Assembly: GCF_006345805.1 (NCBI RefSeq)
Contig: NC_043012.1
Coordinates: 21,948,001-22,012,000 of the forward strand
Source of the DNA: Octopus sinensis
Taxonomy: Eukaryota
Reading direction: 5' to 3'
DNA length: 64,000 nucleotides
The notes under the pieces: model-generated
Databases searched by the model: none
Told to the model about the DNA's origin: nothing
Seen by the model: the letters and a program-made list of their open reading frames with translations, nothing else
Translations under genes and position numbers: made by a program
In this document: in pieces, positions 40,131 to 52,744 of the stretch
Layout: every line of letters starts with the position of its first letter
How positions within the stretch are numbered: position 1 is the first letter of the stretch

Positions 40131-40203
40131 TGGTGGGGGGGGGGGGGGGACGAGCGGAAGTCTTGCCAAGGGGACCCCAGCATTTAACTGGTATTTATTT
40201 TAT

Positions 40204-40437
40204 AAAAGGCGGCAAGCTGGCAGAATCGTTAGCACGTCGGGCGAAATGCTTAGCGGTATTTCGGCTGCCGTTACGTTGTGAGTTCAAATTCCGCCGAGGT
40301 CGACTTTGCCTTTCATCCTTTCGGGGTCGATAAATTAAGTACCAGTTACGTACTGGGTCGATATAATCGACTTAATACCTATGTCTGTCCTTGTTTGTCC
40401 CCTCTATGTTTAGCTCATTGTGGGTAGTAAAGAAATA
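40204..40437 (+). mobile_element. Full-length SINE family C nested antisense in an older family C copy
   Basis: TSD ggtatttattttat (40190-40203) / ggtgtttattttat (40438-40451). Host halves lie at ~40172-40203 and 40438-40560 on the minus strand. Confidence 0.85.
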
Positions 40438-40623
40438 GGTGTTTATTTTATCGACTGTTGGACGAAAGGTAAAGTTGACCTCGGCAGAATTTGAACTCAA
40501 AGCGTTATGACAAGAGATGCAGCTAAGCATCTTATCCGGAGTGCTAAAGGTCCTGCCACCTCGTCACCTTGAAATCTCGAGATAATGCGCGAGCCTCGTG
40601 TGTGCGTGTGTGTGTGTGTGTGT

Positions 40624-40668
<45 letters not shown>

Positions 40669-40879
40669 CTGTGTGTTGTGTGTGTGTGCTCGTTAGGCTT
40701 ATGGAACTGAGTAGGATAGTCGAATTACTGATTTTAAGAAAAGCTATGTTGTAGAATAAAAGTTTTACATTTGTCAAGAGTTTACGAATTATCTCCCTTA
40801 GACGAGGCGGCTTCGTCCGATAAACAGTTCTAACCATAAGAGCAGAATTACGGCAACAGCAGCAGCAGCAGCAGCACGA

Positions 40880-41395
40880 GTAGCAGTAATACATACACGC
40901 ATTCATACATACATACATACATGCATACATACATGCATACATACATACATATATGCATACATACATATACGCATTCATACATACATACATACATGCATAC
41001 ATGCATGCATACATACATACATACATACACACATACATACATGCATACATACGTACATGCATACATACATACATACATACATACATACATACATACATAC
41101 ATACATACATACATACATACATACATACATACATACATACATACATACATACATGCATACATACATGCATACATACATACATATATGCATACATACATAT
41201 ACGCATTCATACATACATACATACATGCATACATGCATGCATACATACATACATACATGCATACATACATGCATACATACGTACATGCATACATACATAC
41301 ATACATACAAACATACATACATACATACATACATACATACATACATACATACATACATACCACATACATACATACATACATACAAACATACATAC
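40880..41395. repeat. (CATA)n satellite with ~230-bp higher-order duplication
   Basis: Rare interruptions atatgcatacatacatatacgcattc (~40951, ~41182) and cgtacatgc (~41051, ~41280) recur at ~230-bp spacing. Confidence 0.8.
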
Positions 41396-41420
41396 AGTCT
41401 CAGTTGGTGAACTCGCTGCT

Positions 41421-41482
41421 TCCTTTGATCGGATCAACCGGAACCCTCGTCGTCGTAACCGACGGAGTGCTTCCATCCATCC
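41421..41482 (+). mobile_element. Isolated SINE tail type i
   Basis: ggatcaaccggaaccctcgtcgtcgtaaccgacggagtgcttcca. Confidence 0.8.
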
Positions 41483-41530
41483 ACTTGTGGTATGACAGAA
41501 GGCTATTTTCGTAGTCATAAAGCGAGATAG

Positions 41531-41712
41531 ATGAGTGACAACCTGGCCACTGGTGGTGGTGTAACACACCATACTAATCATATCTGTCAGGCATGTGGAA
41601 GAGAGTATAATTCGGCAGGAGGACTTAAACGACATGCAAAGGTACATGAAGCCCAGTTACAACTACAGCCGGCTATTACCGGTAAAAGTTTTAGTTGCCA
41701 ATTCTGTACGTG
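41531..41712 (+). pseudogene. Orphan C2H2 zinc-finger coding fragment, probably a LINE C-terminus
   Basis: ICQACGREYNSAGGLKRHAKVH (41582-41647) is a perfect C-x2-C-x12-H-x3-H. A second finger FSCQFC is cut by a Merlin-MITE end at ~41712, and there is no TGEKP linker. Confidence 0.6.
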
Positions 41713-41989
41713 GAAATTATATAAAAAAACTGCCGTTCAAACCTAAAAGGTCCGAGCTTCGAAGTCGATAGGCAAAAGAGTGAACTGGCAGTGATCTAGG
41801 GCAATTTTTATGGGTTATTTCTATATAAAGGGAAACCAAGGTGTGTACTAGCTTCCTTTCATTACTATTTACACAACCGCCTCCACTGTCGCTTCCATCG
41901 TCGTCATCATCATCATCATCAAATACCACACACACTCGCACGCGCACACATTCATAAACAAGCTCATATTACCCACCATCTCCATCACC

Positions 41990-42174
41990 ATCATGACGAC
42001 GACGACGACGGCGACCACCACCACCACTACCACCACCACCACCACCACCACCATTACAACCTCGACTGAAAGAAACATGTCGCAACTTGATCAGCTGGAA
42101 AGCTCGACTGGTCTGGACATGAACCTACTCGTGTGGTACTGTGATGTAGTGTTTACATCTACTGCTACAGTTGC

Positions 42175-42209
<35 letters not shown>

Positions 42210-42425
42210 ATGACGATGATGATAATGGTTGATGATAGTAGTGATGATGATGGTGAAAGAGTTTGGCAGTGGTGTTGGTGTTGGTGGTGGTAGTGATAAT
42301 GCATGTGGGGGTTTGATGATGACGATAATGATGTCAATGATGACGATGACGATGGTGGTGGTGGTGGTGTTTGTGGTGCTGCTGTTGTTATTGTTTTGCT
42401 GCTGTTGATGGTGTTGACGATGGCG
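41990..42425. repeat. Mixed trinucleotide repeats (ACC, GAC, GCT, GAT, GGT)
   Basis: Seen directly. Confidence 0.9.
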
Positions 42426-42595
42426 ACGACGACCAGCAAAACACATGACTAACCCTCAAAAAGACGGGACTAACAACTCTGAACACCACTACATATCAAC
42501 AATATTCCACTCACTCTCAAATTAGATACTTTCATGAGTGACTCATAATTTTAGCCTCATCTCCCACTCATCTCCTAAAGACATTTGAAATGTTT

Positions 42596-43003
42596 GGATC
42601 TTTTCAGTTTGAACGGCAGTTTTTTCTAGCGGTGTCATGAAATTGTCACCCATAATTATGACCCTAGAATCGATCTATTGCATTTCAATCTCTTTTAGGG
42701 TTAGGGGTGGTGGAAGGGTAACTTTTTTTCTTCATAAATGTAAATAAGCCCAATCTTTTTTTTAAACGTGGGACATATTCATACGGCACAGAATGTTTTC
42801 ACCTTAACAGACGTCAGTGATTGGTTGAAATTGCAGACATTGAAGAAAAAACAACAACAAATATCTTATAAACTATAGAATTTTCTCAATAAAGCCAACA
42901 GGAAAAGATGTTTTATAAACACATTCTACCAGTATACGAAGTTTAAAATTTTTTAGTTACCTAGAAATTATGTTAAAAACTGCCGTTCAAACCGAAAAGA
43001 TAC
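42596..43003. mobile_element. Merlin-type MITE copy 2
   Basis: Same TIRs; 8-bp TSD aaatgttt (42588-42595, 43004-43011). Confidence 0.85.
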
Positions 43004-43216
43004 AAATGTTTTACAATGTTCAACATGCACCCTCAAATTGGAAATTGTTATGAATAGCTCTTAACTTTCAACCACTGCTCCTCTACCAACCTCCCAAGCA
43101 GGATCTTTACGCCCACAGATGCCAATACATATAACTTGATATGTATAAATTGTAAACGATATACTGTAATAGATGAGAAAGCAATGAAAATAAGAACCTA
43201 GCTTTAATAATGCCAC

Positions 43217-43640
43217 GGATCTTTTCGGTTTGAACGCCAGTTTTTCTAGCGGTGTCATATGAATTTGTCACCCATAATTATGACCCTAGTATCGATCTAT
43301 TGTATTTCAATCTGTTTTAGGGTTAGGGTTAGTTAGGGTTAGGGGTGGGGGAAGGTTATCTTTTTTTCTTCAGAAATGTAAATAAACCCAATCTGTTTCT
43401 TAAACGAGGGACATATTCATACGGCACAGAATGTTTTCACTTCAATAGACGTCATTGATTGGTTGAAATTGCAGAAATTGAAGAAAGAAAACAACAAATA
43501 TCTTACAAACTATAGAATTTTCTCAATAAAGCCAAGAGAAAAGATGTTTTATAAACACATTCTACCAGTATACGAAGTTTAAAAGTGTTTAGTTACGTGG
43601 AAATTATTTTTAAAAACTGCCGTTCAAACCGAAAAGATCC
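43217..43640. mobile_element. Merlin-type MITE copy 3
   Basis: Same TIRs; 8-bp TSD aatgccac (43209-43216, 43641-43648). Confidence 0.85.
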
Positions 43641-44049
43641 AATGCCACTCTACCGTATGTTTATCCCTATCGCTCCATATTTCCCATTTACAACACTGCT
43701 CCTTTGTTATCTCCACCAAAGTCTCCTTGTATCTTTATCAATTCAGTATAAATTCAATAGATCTATCAACAAAGGGATTTTAATATAAGAGCCAATGTCC
43801 ACTGGTCCAAAGTGACACACTTCCCTATTAATTTGCTGTCAACTTCTTATATAATTACATTAGCAGAATCGCAGTAGCACTAGCGTACCGGACAAAATGC
43901 CTCGTCGGCTTTTTTCCGACTTTATGTTCTGAGCTCGAATATCATCAAGGTTGACTGTATCTTTTATTCTTTTCGGAGTCGATAAGATAAGTACCAGTTG
44001 AACATAGGGATTGATGTAATCGATCACCTCCCTCTCTAAAGACCTTGTG

Positions 44050-44358
44050 TGGAGGCATATGGCTTAGTGGTTAGAGAAGCGGACTCGCGGTCGAGGGATC
44101 GCGGGTTCGAATCTCAGACCGGGCGATGTGTGTGTTTATGAGCGAAACACCTAAGCTCCACGCGGCTCCGGCAGAAGGTAATGGCGAACTTCTGCTGACT
44201 CTTTCGCCACAACTTTCTCTCACCACTCTTTCCTCCTGCATCTTGCAGCTCACCTGCGTAGGACCGGCGCCCCATCCAGGTGGGGAACCTATACGCCAAA
44301 GAAACCGGGAAACCGGCCCTTATGAGCCAGGCATGACTCGAGAAGGAACAAACAACTG
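44050..44358 (+). mobile_element. Full-length SINE family B with tail type ii, nested in the 3' end of an old family C copy
   Basis: 11-bp TSD aagaccttgtg (44039-44049, 44359-44369); diverged family C sequence at ~43860-44040. Confidence 0.9.
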
Positions 44359-44849
44359 AAGACCTTGTGCCCACTATAGAAAGTAAAGAAAAAAGAATTA
44401 CATTAAACTCAATTATCATGCAAGCTAGAACACATCACCAATCTCTGACTCTATCTTCCTGTAATATTTTTTCAAAGAGAAATAAATGCAAGCCACCCTC
44501 GAAGAACTGCTATAGAGTTTTCCGAGTACTTCCGTCATCAATTTTATATACACTTCACATTAATTATTATTATTATTTTTTTTATTGATTGCTATTCCAT
44601 TTCTCAAGACCAAATACACCAAATATCCCTTTGTCCTTCATGTTACTAAATAGTATGTGTTAAGTTTTAAAGCTCTGTTGCAGTTTCGATATGGTCACTT
44701 GGAGAGTAGTTTTTCGATGCTTATAGTGAAATAAATATTAATTTTTACATTCTAATGTTTTTTTTTCTATGTAAATTACTTTATAGCAGAGTGGTTAAAT
44801 CAGCGAAGATTTTATACTTTTAAAGAGCTTTGATGAAAGCTTAGGTCAA

Positions 44850-45872
44850 TTGCTGCGCGCTGTAAGAATTCAAACGAGGTTCTTCAGCAATGGAAGCAGC
44901 AAGAAATATTTGTTCTGTCTTTGTAAATGAAGCTTCAAGTGTCCGAACATGACAACAGTGGTTTGACTGGTTTCGTTCCAGAATTTTTTCTCTTGAAGAT
45001 TCTCATCGATCTGGATGATCAAGTTCGGTCAATGCTGAGCTTCTGAAAATCAAAAGAAAAATGTGCAAGAATTAGCAAAACAGTTCAATTCCAGTAACAT
45101 TTCGATCCTGAAATATCTTCAGGTGCTTGAAAAGGTGTCTAAATTGGTAAGTGGATCCTTCATCATCTGACTGATTCTCAGCTTAATCAGAGCTTTGCTC
45201 GTCATTCAAGAGTAGACTTGCTGCCGAACCTTCCTGGGCAGACTCATCACAAGTGAGGAAGGTTCTCTGAAATCATATCCAAGGAAATCGACAATGGTTA
45301 GCACCGACTGAAAGAGGCGAGTTGATTTCTAAACCCGAGATGTATCCGAAAAAAGTGTTAGGTGGAATATAAAAGGTGCCGTCTATCATGAAATATTAAA
45401 CCAAACCGAAATAATTAACGTGAAGTATCGTTGTCAATTGGAAGCAATCCACAAAAATTTGCTGAAAAAGCGCCCATCATTGGTCATTCTTGAAGGAGCA
45501 TTACTCTTAGACGACAATGCGAGACAATATATTGTCCAAGTCAGACAGGAAAAGATCCGTGGCACTAAATATACCTCATCCTGCTTACTCTGCCGACCTT
45601 GCTCCACGTGACTATCATCTTTTCAGATTATTGTGATATCATTTAAAGAGAAAAATTGTGAAGAGATTAAAAATGATTTTGAGTGTCTCTATGTTTCGAA
45701 ACCTGAATCATTTCATGCTTTAGGGATCAGCAGTTTGCTAAGCAGATGGGATTATGATGACAATCATAATGGGAAACAGTATCAGGATTAGATAGATCAA
45801 TTAAGACCAAAGAAGTATTTGTTTCTATTCCATCTTGAAACGCGACACGTCTTTCTTTCCAACCTGAAAATT
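44850..45872 (+). mobile_element. Decayed mariner (DD34D) transposon
   Basis: FKRGSSAMEAARNICSVF, LLLDDNAR, PHPAYSADLAPRDYHLFR (YSPDLAPxD motif), GISSLLSRWD; many frameshifts, TIR-like end at ~45845-45872. Confidence 0.85.
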
Positions 45873-45940
45873 AACAAACATTGCAATATGCAACTTGACT
45901 GACTAAACCGCCATATCTACTACTATACATTTTTAGAAAT

Positions 45941-46396
45941 GCGGCGAGCTGGCAGAACCGTAGCACGCCGGGCGAAATGCGTAACCGTTACGTTCTGTGT
46001 TCAAATTCCGCCGAGGTCGACTTTGCCTTTCACCCTTTCGAGGTCGATAAATTAAGTACCTATTTCTTTATTATCCACAAGGGGCTAAACATAGAGGGGA
46101 CAAACAAGGACAGACATAGGTATTAAGTCGATTACATCGACCCCAGTGCGTAACTGGTACTTAATTTATCGACACCGAAAGGATGAAAGGCAAAGTCGAC
46201 CTCGGCGGAATTCGAACTCACAACGTAACGCAAACGAAATACCGCTAAGCATTTCGCCCGGCGTGCTAACGTTTCTGCCAGCTCGCCGATAAATTAAGTA
46301 CCAGTCACGCACTGGGGTCGATGTAATCGATTTAATTCGTTTATCTGTCCTTGTTTGTCCCCTCTATGTTTAGCCCCTTGTGGGTAATAAAGAAAC
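45941..46396 (+). mobile_element. SINE family C host with a full-length antisense family C copy inside
   Basis: Inner copy 46061-46287 (minus) is flanked by TSD gataaattaagtacc (46046-46060, 46288-46302). Outer TSD-like atacattttt(c)agaaa at 45925-45939 and 46397-46412. Confidence 0.9.
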
Positions 46397-46739
46397 ATAC
46401 ATTTTTCAGAAACAAATTCTCATCCGATTATGCGTCCACTTTTGTTGACCGATTCTAAAATTCCAATATACCCATACGCACTCAACATCACAAACCAACA
46501 TACAAACACACATATACACATGCATAAACTAACAACACACACACACGCACATGTACACCCTTCAAGTTTTTCTTCTGTTAATCTAAATCACTCTTCTCAG
46601 TTGGGAATAAGACGTTTTTGCGCAGCCGTTTTGGCCCGCCAATTAGGTGTCAATCATTCAACGCTGTCTCATTTGACATCAGACGTTTTAATGTTTCTCT
46701 TGTTCTCTCTCTGTCGCTCTCTCTCTCTCTCTCTCTCTA

Positions 46740-46770
<31 letters not shown>

Positions 46771-46896
46771 ATCGTATATTCTCTCATTCTCTCTCACTCC
46801 CCTCTTTTCTCTGTTAATGTGTGCCAGCATATTTCCCTTTCTGTGTCTAAGGAGAGAGTAAAGTGTTTATGTCAATCATATTTAATTAATGAAGAC

Positions 46897-47605
46897 GGCG
46901 AGCTGGCAGAAACGTTAGCACGCCGGGCGAAATGTGTAGCCGTATTTCGTCTGCCGCTACGTTCTGAGTTCAAATTCCGCCGAGGTCGACTTTGCCTTTC
47001 ATCCTTTCGAGGTCGATAAATTAAGTACCTATTTCTTTATTACCCACAAGGGGCTAAACACAGAGGGGACAAACAAGGACAGACATAGGTATTAAGTCGA
47101 TTACATCGACCCCAGTGCGTAACTGGTACTTAATTTATCGGCGAGCTGGCAGAAACGTTAGCACGCCGGGCGAAATGCGTAGCCGTATTTCGTCTGCCGC
47201 TACGTTCTGAGTTCAAATTCCGCCGAGGTCGACTTTGCCTTTCATCCTTTCGAGGTCGATAAATTAAGTACCTATTTCTTTATTACCCACAAGGGGCTAA
47301 ACACAGAGGGGACAAACAAGGACAGACATAGGTATTAAGTCGATTACATCGACCCCAGTGCGTAACTGGTACTTAATTTATCGGCGAGCTGGCAGAAACG
47401 TTAGCACGCCGGGCGAAATGCGTAGCCGTATTTCGTCTGCCGCTACGTTCTGAGTTCAAATTCCGCCGAGGTCGACTTTGCCTTTCATCCTTTCGGGGTC
47501 GATTAAATAAGTACCAGTTACGCACTGGGTCGATGAAATTGACTTAATCCCTTTGTCCTTGTTTGTCCCCTCTATGTTTAGCCCCCTGTGGGCAATAAAG
47601 AAATA
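46897..47605 (+). mobile_element. SINE family C foldback array: two 243-bp units plus one full copy
   Basis: ggcgagctgg starts at 46897, 47140 and 47383. Each unit is a sense head-to-core joined to an antisense 3' half. A single 17-bp TSD catatttaattaatgaa (46877-46893, 47606-47622) flanks the whole. Confidence 0.9.
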
Positions 47606-47954
47606 CATATTTAATTAATGAATAGTAATGTATCTCTCAACACCCCGTCTCTTTTTCTTTCACTCTGTCTATCGGTATGTATATATTCCTGCGTGGGCGT
47701 GCGTGTGACCGTGTGTTTGTCTCCAATGTCAAAAAGCACAGTCACCAAAACAGGCTCAGTGCCCAGTCAACCGTGGCAAATCGCCAGCGTCCAAACTGCA
47801 GCGCCCAGTCGTCTTATTCGTTCTCAATCAGCTGACGAACCATACATAACCACTCCTCTTTTCCGTGTTCCTCCGCCTCTCACTCAGTTTATCAGAAGAT
47901 ATTTGGTAGTTTGTATGAATGATTATTAGCCTCACACCACTTTCCCTCTCTTAT

Positions 47955-48285
47955 TTTAGGAGCACTCCGTCGGTTACGACGACGAGGGTCCCATCTGATA
48001 CGATCAACGGAACAGCTTGCTCGTGGAATTAACGTGCAAGTGACTGAGCAATCCACAGACACCAGGGTACCCTTAACGTAGTTCTCAAGGAGATTCAGCG
48101 TGACACAGAGTGTGACAAGGCCGGCCCTTTGAAATACAGGTACAACTCATTTTTGCCAGCTGAGTGGACTGGAGCAACGTGAAATAAAGTGTCTTGCTCA
48201 AGGACACAACGCATCGCCAGGAATCGAACTCACGACCTTACAATCGTCAGCCGAATGCCCTAACCACTAAGCCATGCGCCTTCAC
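47955..48285 (-). mobile_element. Full-length SINE with a different (CORE-like) 5' half and tail type i
   Basis: 13-bp TSD ttccctctcttat (47942-47954, 48286-48298); 3' half shared with 9268, 5' half shared with 54720. Confidence 0.85.
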
Positions 48286-48496
48286 TTCCCTCTCTTATAA
48301 GCTCAAAGAGAAAGGCAAACATCCTAAATCTCACCTTTGCTAAAAGAAAATATATTTCTAGCGCCAACCACGAAAACCTTTCGATAAACACTGTCCCTAC
48401 TGCAGCAACACTATAATTCTCTTCTCTTCCTTTTCTCTTTCCTTTCATTTCTGTCTCACCTTCTTCGTCATCCCCAAACCCTCTTTCTTGTCTACA

Positions 48497-48780
48497 CTAC
48501 CACCACCACCACCACCACCACCACCACCAGCACAACCACCACCACCACCAGCACCACCACCACCACCAGCACCACCACCACCAGCACCACCACCACCACC
48601 ACCACCAACCACCACCACCACCACCACCACCACCACCACAACCACCACCACCACCACCACCACAACCACCACCACCACCACCACCACCACAACTACCATC
48701 ACCACCACCACCACCACCACCACCACCACCACCACCACCACCACCACCACCACCAACACCACAACCACCACCACTAGCAT
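48497..48780. repeat. Long (CAC)n/(CAA) triplet repeat
   Basis: Seen directly; it is the source of the poly-P/T/V/G/W ORFs. Confidence 0.95.
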
Positions 48781-48912
48781 CTTCATTAGCAGCACCGATC
48801 ACCTGGTTTCTATGCTCACATTTGCGTTGCTCTCGAAAAATGACACCCGCCCACTAGTCTCACTCACACACACACACACACACACACGCACACACACACA
48901 CACACACGTACA

Positions 48913-48960
<48 letters not shown>

Positions 48961-49077
48961 CGCACACACACATACACACACACACACACACCATAATTAC
49001 TCTGTTGTAAAACCGTCAAATTCTGTATTGTGAGGATGCGTGTGTTTAGCTATTGTATTTACTGCTGTATCAATGTG

Positions 49078-49118
<41 letters not shown>

Positions 49119-49263
49119 ATGTGTGTGTGTGTGTACTTGCATATCAGCGCATATATGTGTATATGTTTGAGAGGGTCAGTATTTATCGGAGTGTGTATGT
49201 TTGCTGGTGTGTATGGACGTGTGTGTATGTATGAGGCGGTAAGCGTTTCTGTTTGTGTTTACT

Positions 49264-49307
<44 letters not shown>

Positions 49308-49402
49308 CACACACACATATATATATACATATATACATATATATACATATATATATACATGTATACATATATACATATATACATATATATATACATATAT
49401 AC

Positions 49403-49435
<33 letters not shown>

Positions 49436-49551
49436 CATATATACACATATATATATATATATATACATATATACTTATATATATACATATACATATATTT
49501 ATATATACATATACATATATATACATATACATATATATATATACATATACA

Positions 49552-49585
<34 letters not shown>

Positions 49586-49900
49586 AATACATATACATAT
49601 ACATATATATATACATATATACATATACATATAAATATATATATATACATATACATATATATATATATTATATATATATATACACACACATATATATATA
49701 TACACATATATATACACACACACACGCACACATTTATATATATATATATACACCACTCATATAGCATACACTCGCGCACACACACTCACATATTTGGTGT
49801 GTGTGTGTACATGTCTTAATATAAGTGTTTATGATCATATGTGTATTAACGTCAATATATGAGTACGGTATCCATATGTGCATATTTATGTGTCTACGAA

Positions 49901-49938
<38 letters not shown>

Positions 49939-50464
49939 TGTGTGTGTATGTCAATGTCCCAATGTATATCTATATGTACGTTATGTACCTGTGCATGTTC
50001 GTGTTAATATACGGTCGTCCGCATGAACGTGCGTGAGCGCGCGTGAGTGTAAGTGTTTAGCTGTGAGTGTTCGTTGGGTGGAGAGGTCCTCCTCAGCTCA
50101 GTGACAGCAGCCTGTTGTCGGAGACACACCCAACGTCTAAGTATTAGGTTATAAAAATGTGGTGGGTTTCTACTCTCTGTTAACAGATGGCTCCAAAAGG
50201 CACACCCAGCTCGTTGTTATTTGATCAGCCGGACACGTGTTTTCCTTTCCATGCGTTACATCTTTCTTTGTTTGTTTCTTTCTTTCTTCCTTTCTTTCTT
50301 AGACAAAACAAGAACGGTGGGTCAGAGTATACAGGGAGGTAAGTTATGTAAGTATGAGTAATGTATGTATGTATGCGTATGCATACATATACACACGCAC
50401 ATATACACATATATATATATACATATATGTATGTGCGTGTGTGTGTATATATATATATATTATA

Positions 50465-50585
50465 TCACCGTGATCACCGTGACCGACCAGGTTATCAGAT
50501 GTTGCTACACATCGCTGGTCACAATGCGCTTCGCATTGCTTTAGCCTTCAAATGACGCCACCCCGCTGGCTAAGCGAGCAGGTCA
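50465..50585 (-). mobile_element. Isolated SINE tail type iv
   Basis: Reverse complement of 55100-55222. Confidence 0.85.
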
Positions 50586-50619
<34 letters not shown>

Positions 50620-51300
50620 AGAGAATCATAATAATACTCCCTTTACTCCCCCGAAGTTACCTTTAATATAGGTAAATATTTCTTATCATTTATAGATAGA
50701 CACTTTCCAATAAATCATAAATATAGGAAACTCTTTAATAGGCAAAACCTAAAAATTAATTTTAGTTCAACCACAAATTTTAAAAATATAATTACACACA
50801 ATACACAAAAACAACAACATTAAGCCGGCTGTTCCTGTAGAGATAAAGACCTGGGCCCGCTGAGCTTGCATGACTTGCATCATTTATGAAGCCACTGTAG
50901 ATTCTACGACCGCTAAGGTAACAATATCGTCAAAGAAATATGTGAGTCTCACAGAGGAAAATTTAAAGCTAGATTTAATAATCACACCTTGACCTTCAGA
51001 CACTGGGATAAAATAAAAATGACCAAATTATCCAGTTATATATGGTCTTTAAAAGAACAAGGTGTCAGCTATAAGATTCACTGGAAGATCTTGGCCAAGT
51101 GTAAACCTTACAGCAACGGCAGTGGAAAGTGTGGTCTTTGCGATATGGAAATATGACTCATCTGGAAAAAGTTCTTTAGATCTCACTACATGTCTAAATT
51201 CAAAAACTGAACTCTTTGGGTCATGTCCACATATGACAAAATACTTGTTACGTTTTTGCCCCCCCCCTCCACCAAGATCACAGATAGAAACTGCTTTTTA
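50620..51300 (+). mobile_element. Neptune-type PLE C-terminal (GIY-YIG) remnant
   Basis: IDRHFPINHKYRKLFNRQNLKINFS, IYEATV, KYVSLTE, FKARFNNH..F, LSSYIWSLKEQG..W.IL..CKPY..CGLC, LNSKTEL..SCPH. Confidence 0.85.
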
Positions 51301-51714
51301 TATTATGTTCATGTACAAGCCTTTCATATGTCTTAACATTTCTTATATATTTTTATTGGTTTATATATAGTTTTTGTATATATTTTTATTGGTTTATATA
51401 TAGTTTTTGTATATATTTTCCCACTTTTTTCAATTGTGTGACTGAATACGCGTGTAGTATTTGTATGTATAAGCATATATTAAATGTGTATGTGTGTGTA
51501 TGTGTATATATGTGTACGAATGTATGTATATACGCTTGTATATCTGCAGCTGTAGGTCTGTTGACAGATAGGAGAGTGTATATATATATGCACCTCTATA
51601 CATATGTATATATACATGAATATTCATCTTTGCAGCGAGTGTGAATATAAACCTGTACGAGTGTACATATATGTATACGTTTTATGTTTGTGTATGTATA
51701 TGCGCTCGTGAGTT

Positions 51715-51784
<70 letters not shown>

Positions 51785-52218
51785 ATATATGTGTGTGTGG
51801 TGTGTGTGTGTGCATATATGTATATTGTTTACCTTTTTGTATGAGTATATTTATTTATGTAAGTTCTAAGATAAGTGTAAGCATTTTTGTATGTGAAGAT
51901 GAAGTGTGTGTGTGTACTTTTATATTTATATATATATATATTTATACATATATATATATATACATATAGATATATATACATATATATGTGTGTGTGTGTG
52001 TGTGTGTTTGTGCGTGGTGCATGTATGTATGTATATACACATGTCTGCTTGAATGCGTACGTATGTATATTTTATGAACGAAGATTTCTATCTTTATGAG
52101 TATGTGGTTGCGTGTATTTTTATAATTTAATATATTTTATATCTTTTACTTATGTTTTCTACGCCTAGTAGAGTAACTTCCCTTTATTCAACGGTGTTTT
52201 TCATAGCGTTTCCTGTTT

Positions 52219-52282
52219 TAATAACTGATGAAAAATGCCTGGAAGCTCTCATCTCCGGAATTTGAAACTCTGAGTATTATTA
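52219..52282 (+). ncRNA. Minimal type I hammerhead ribozyme, complete core
   Basis: taataa-CTGATGA-aaaatgcctgga...tccggaattt-GAAA-ctctgagt-A-ttatta. Helix I is 6 bp, and GUA cleavage would be after 52276. It lies downstream of the Neptune remnant on the same strand. Confidence 0.75.
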
Positions 52283-52313
52283 TGACAACTTACTGGTTGT
52301 CCATCCAATATTA

Positions 52314-52363
<50 letters not shown>

Positions 52364-52538
52364 AGTAGTTGAATGAATTATCCTAGTATGGATAATTCAG
52401 TTAACCGATACCCGGGTAGCAAATTCACGTCAGAAAAACACAGTTGAAGCTACATGCCAAGGGCAGAGATCACGTGCTTTATGTCGAGAATAAAGGAATT
52501 TTGTTAAATCGTCGTTCAACTCCATTCTTTCATTTATT

Positions 52539-52595
<57 letters not shown>

Positions 52596-52638
52596 GTATA
52601 TATAAATCTTCGAGGTCTCATTCATTCTTTTGTTGAAA

Positions 52639-52702
<64 letters not shown>

Positions 52703-52744
52703 ATATATGTGTGTGTGTGCGTGTGTGTGTGTGTCTGTATGTGT

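Noticed and set aside
44050-44125. tRNA gene candidates (also at 9268, 13734, 17412, 47955, 54720, 54910)
   Set aside because: A and B boxes are present, but the acceptor stems do not close and each continues into a SINE body, most with a tail and several with TSDs.
45095-45125. Minus-strand CTGAAGA...GAAATGTT
   Set aside because: It lies within mariner coding sequence and has no helix I; a chance match.
47697-47929. Host exon encoding ...RLIRSQSADEPYITTP...
   Set aside because: No recognisable domain and no convincing splice sites; kept only as a possible regulatory island.
48445-49033. Proline/threonine-rich, formin- or mucin-like ORF
   Set aside because: It is a pure (CAC)n tract plus (CA)n, open in most frames, with no splice or domain context.
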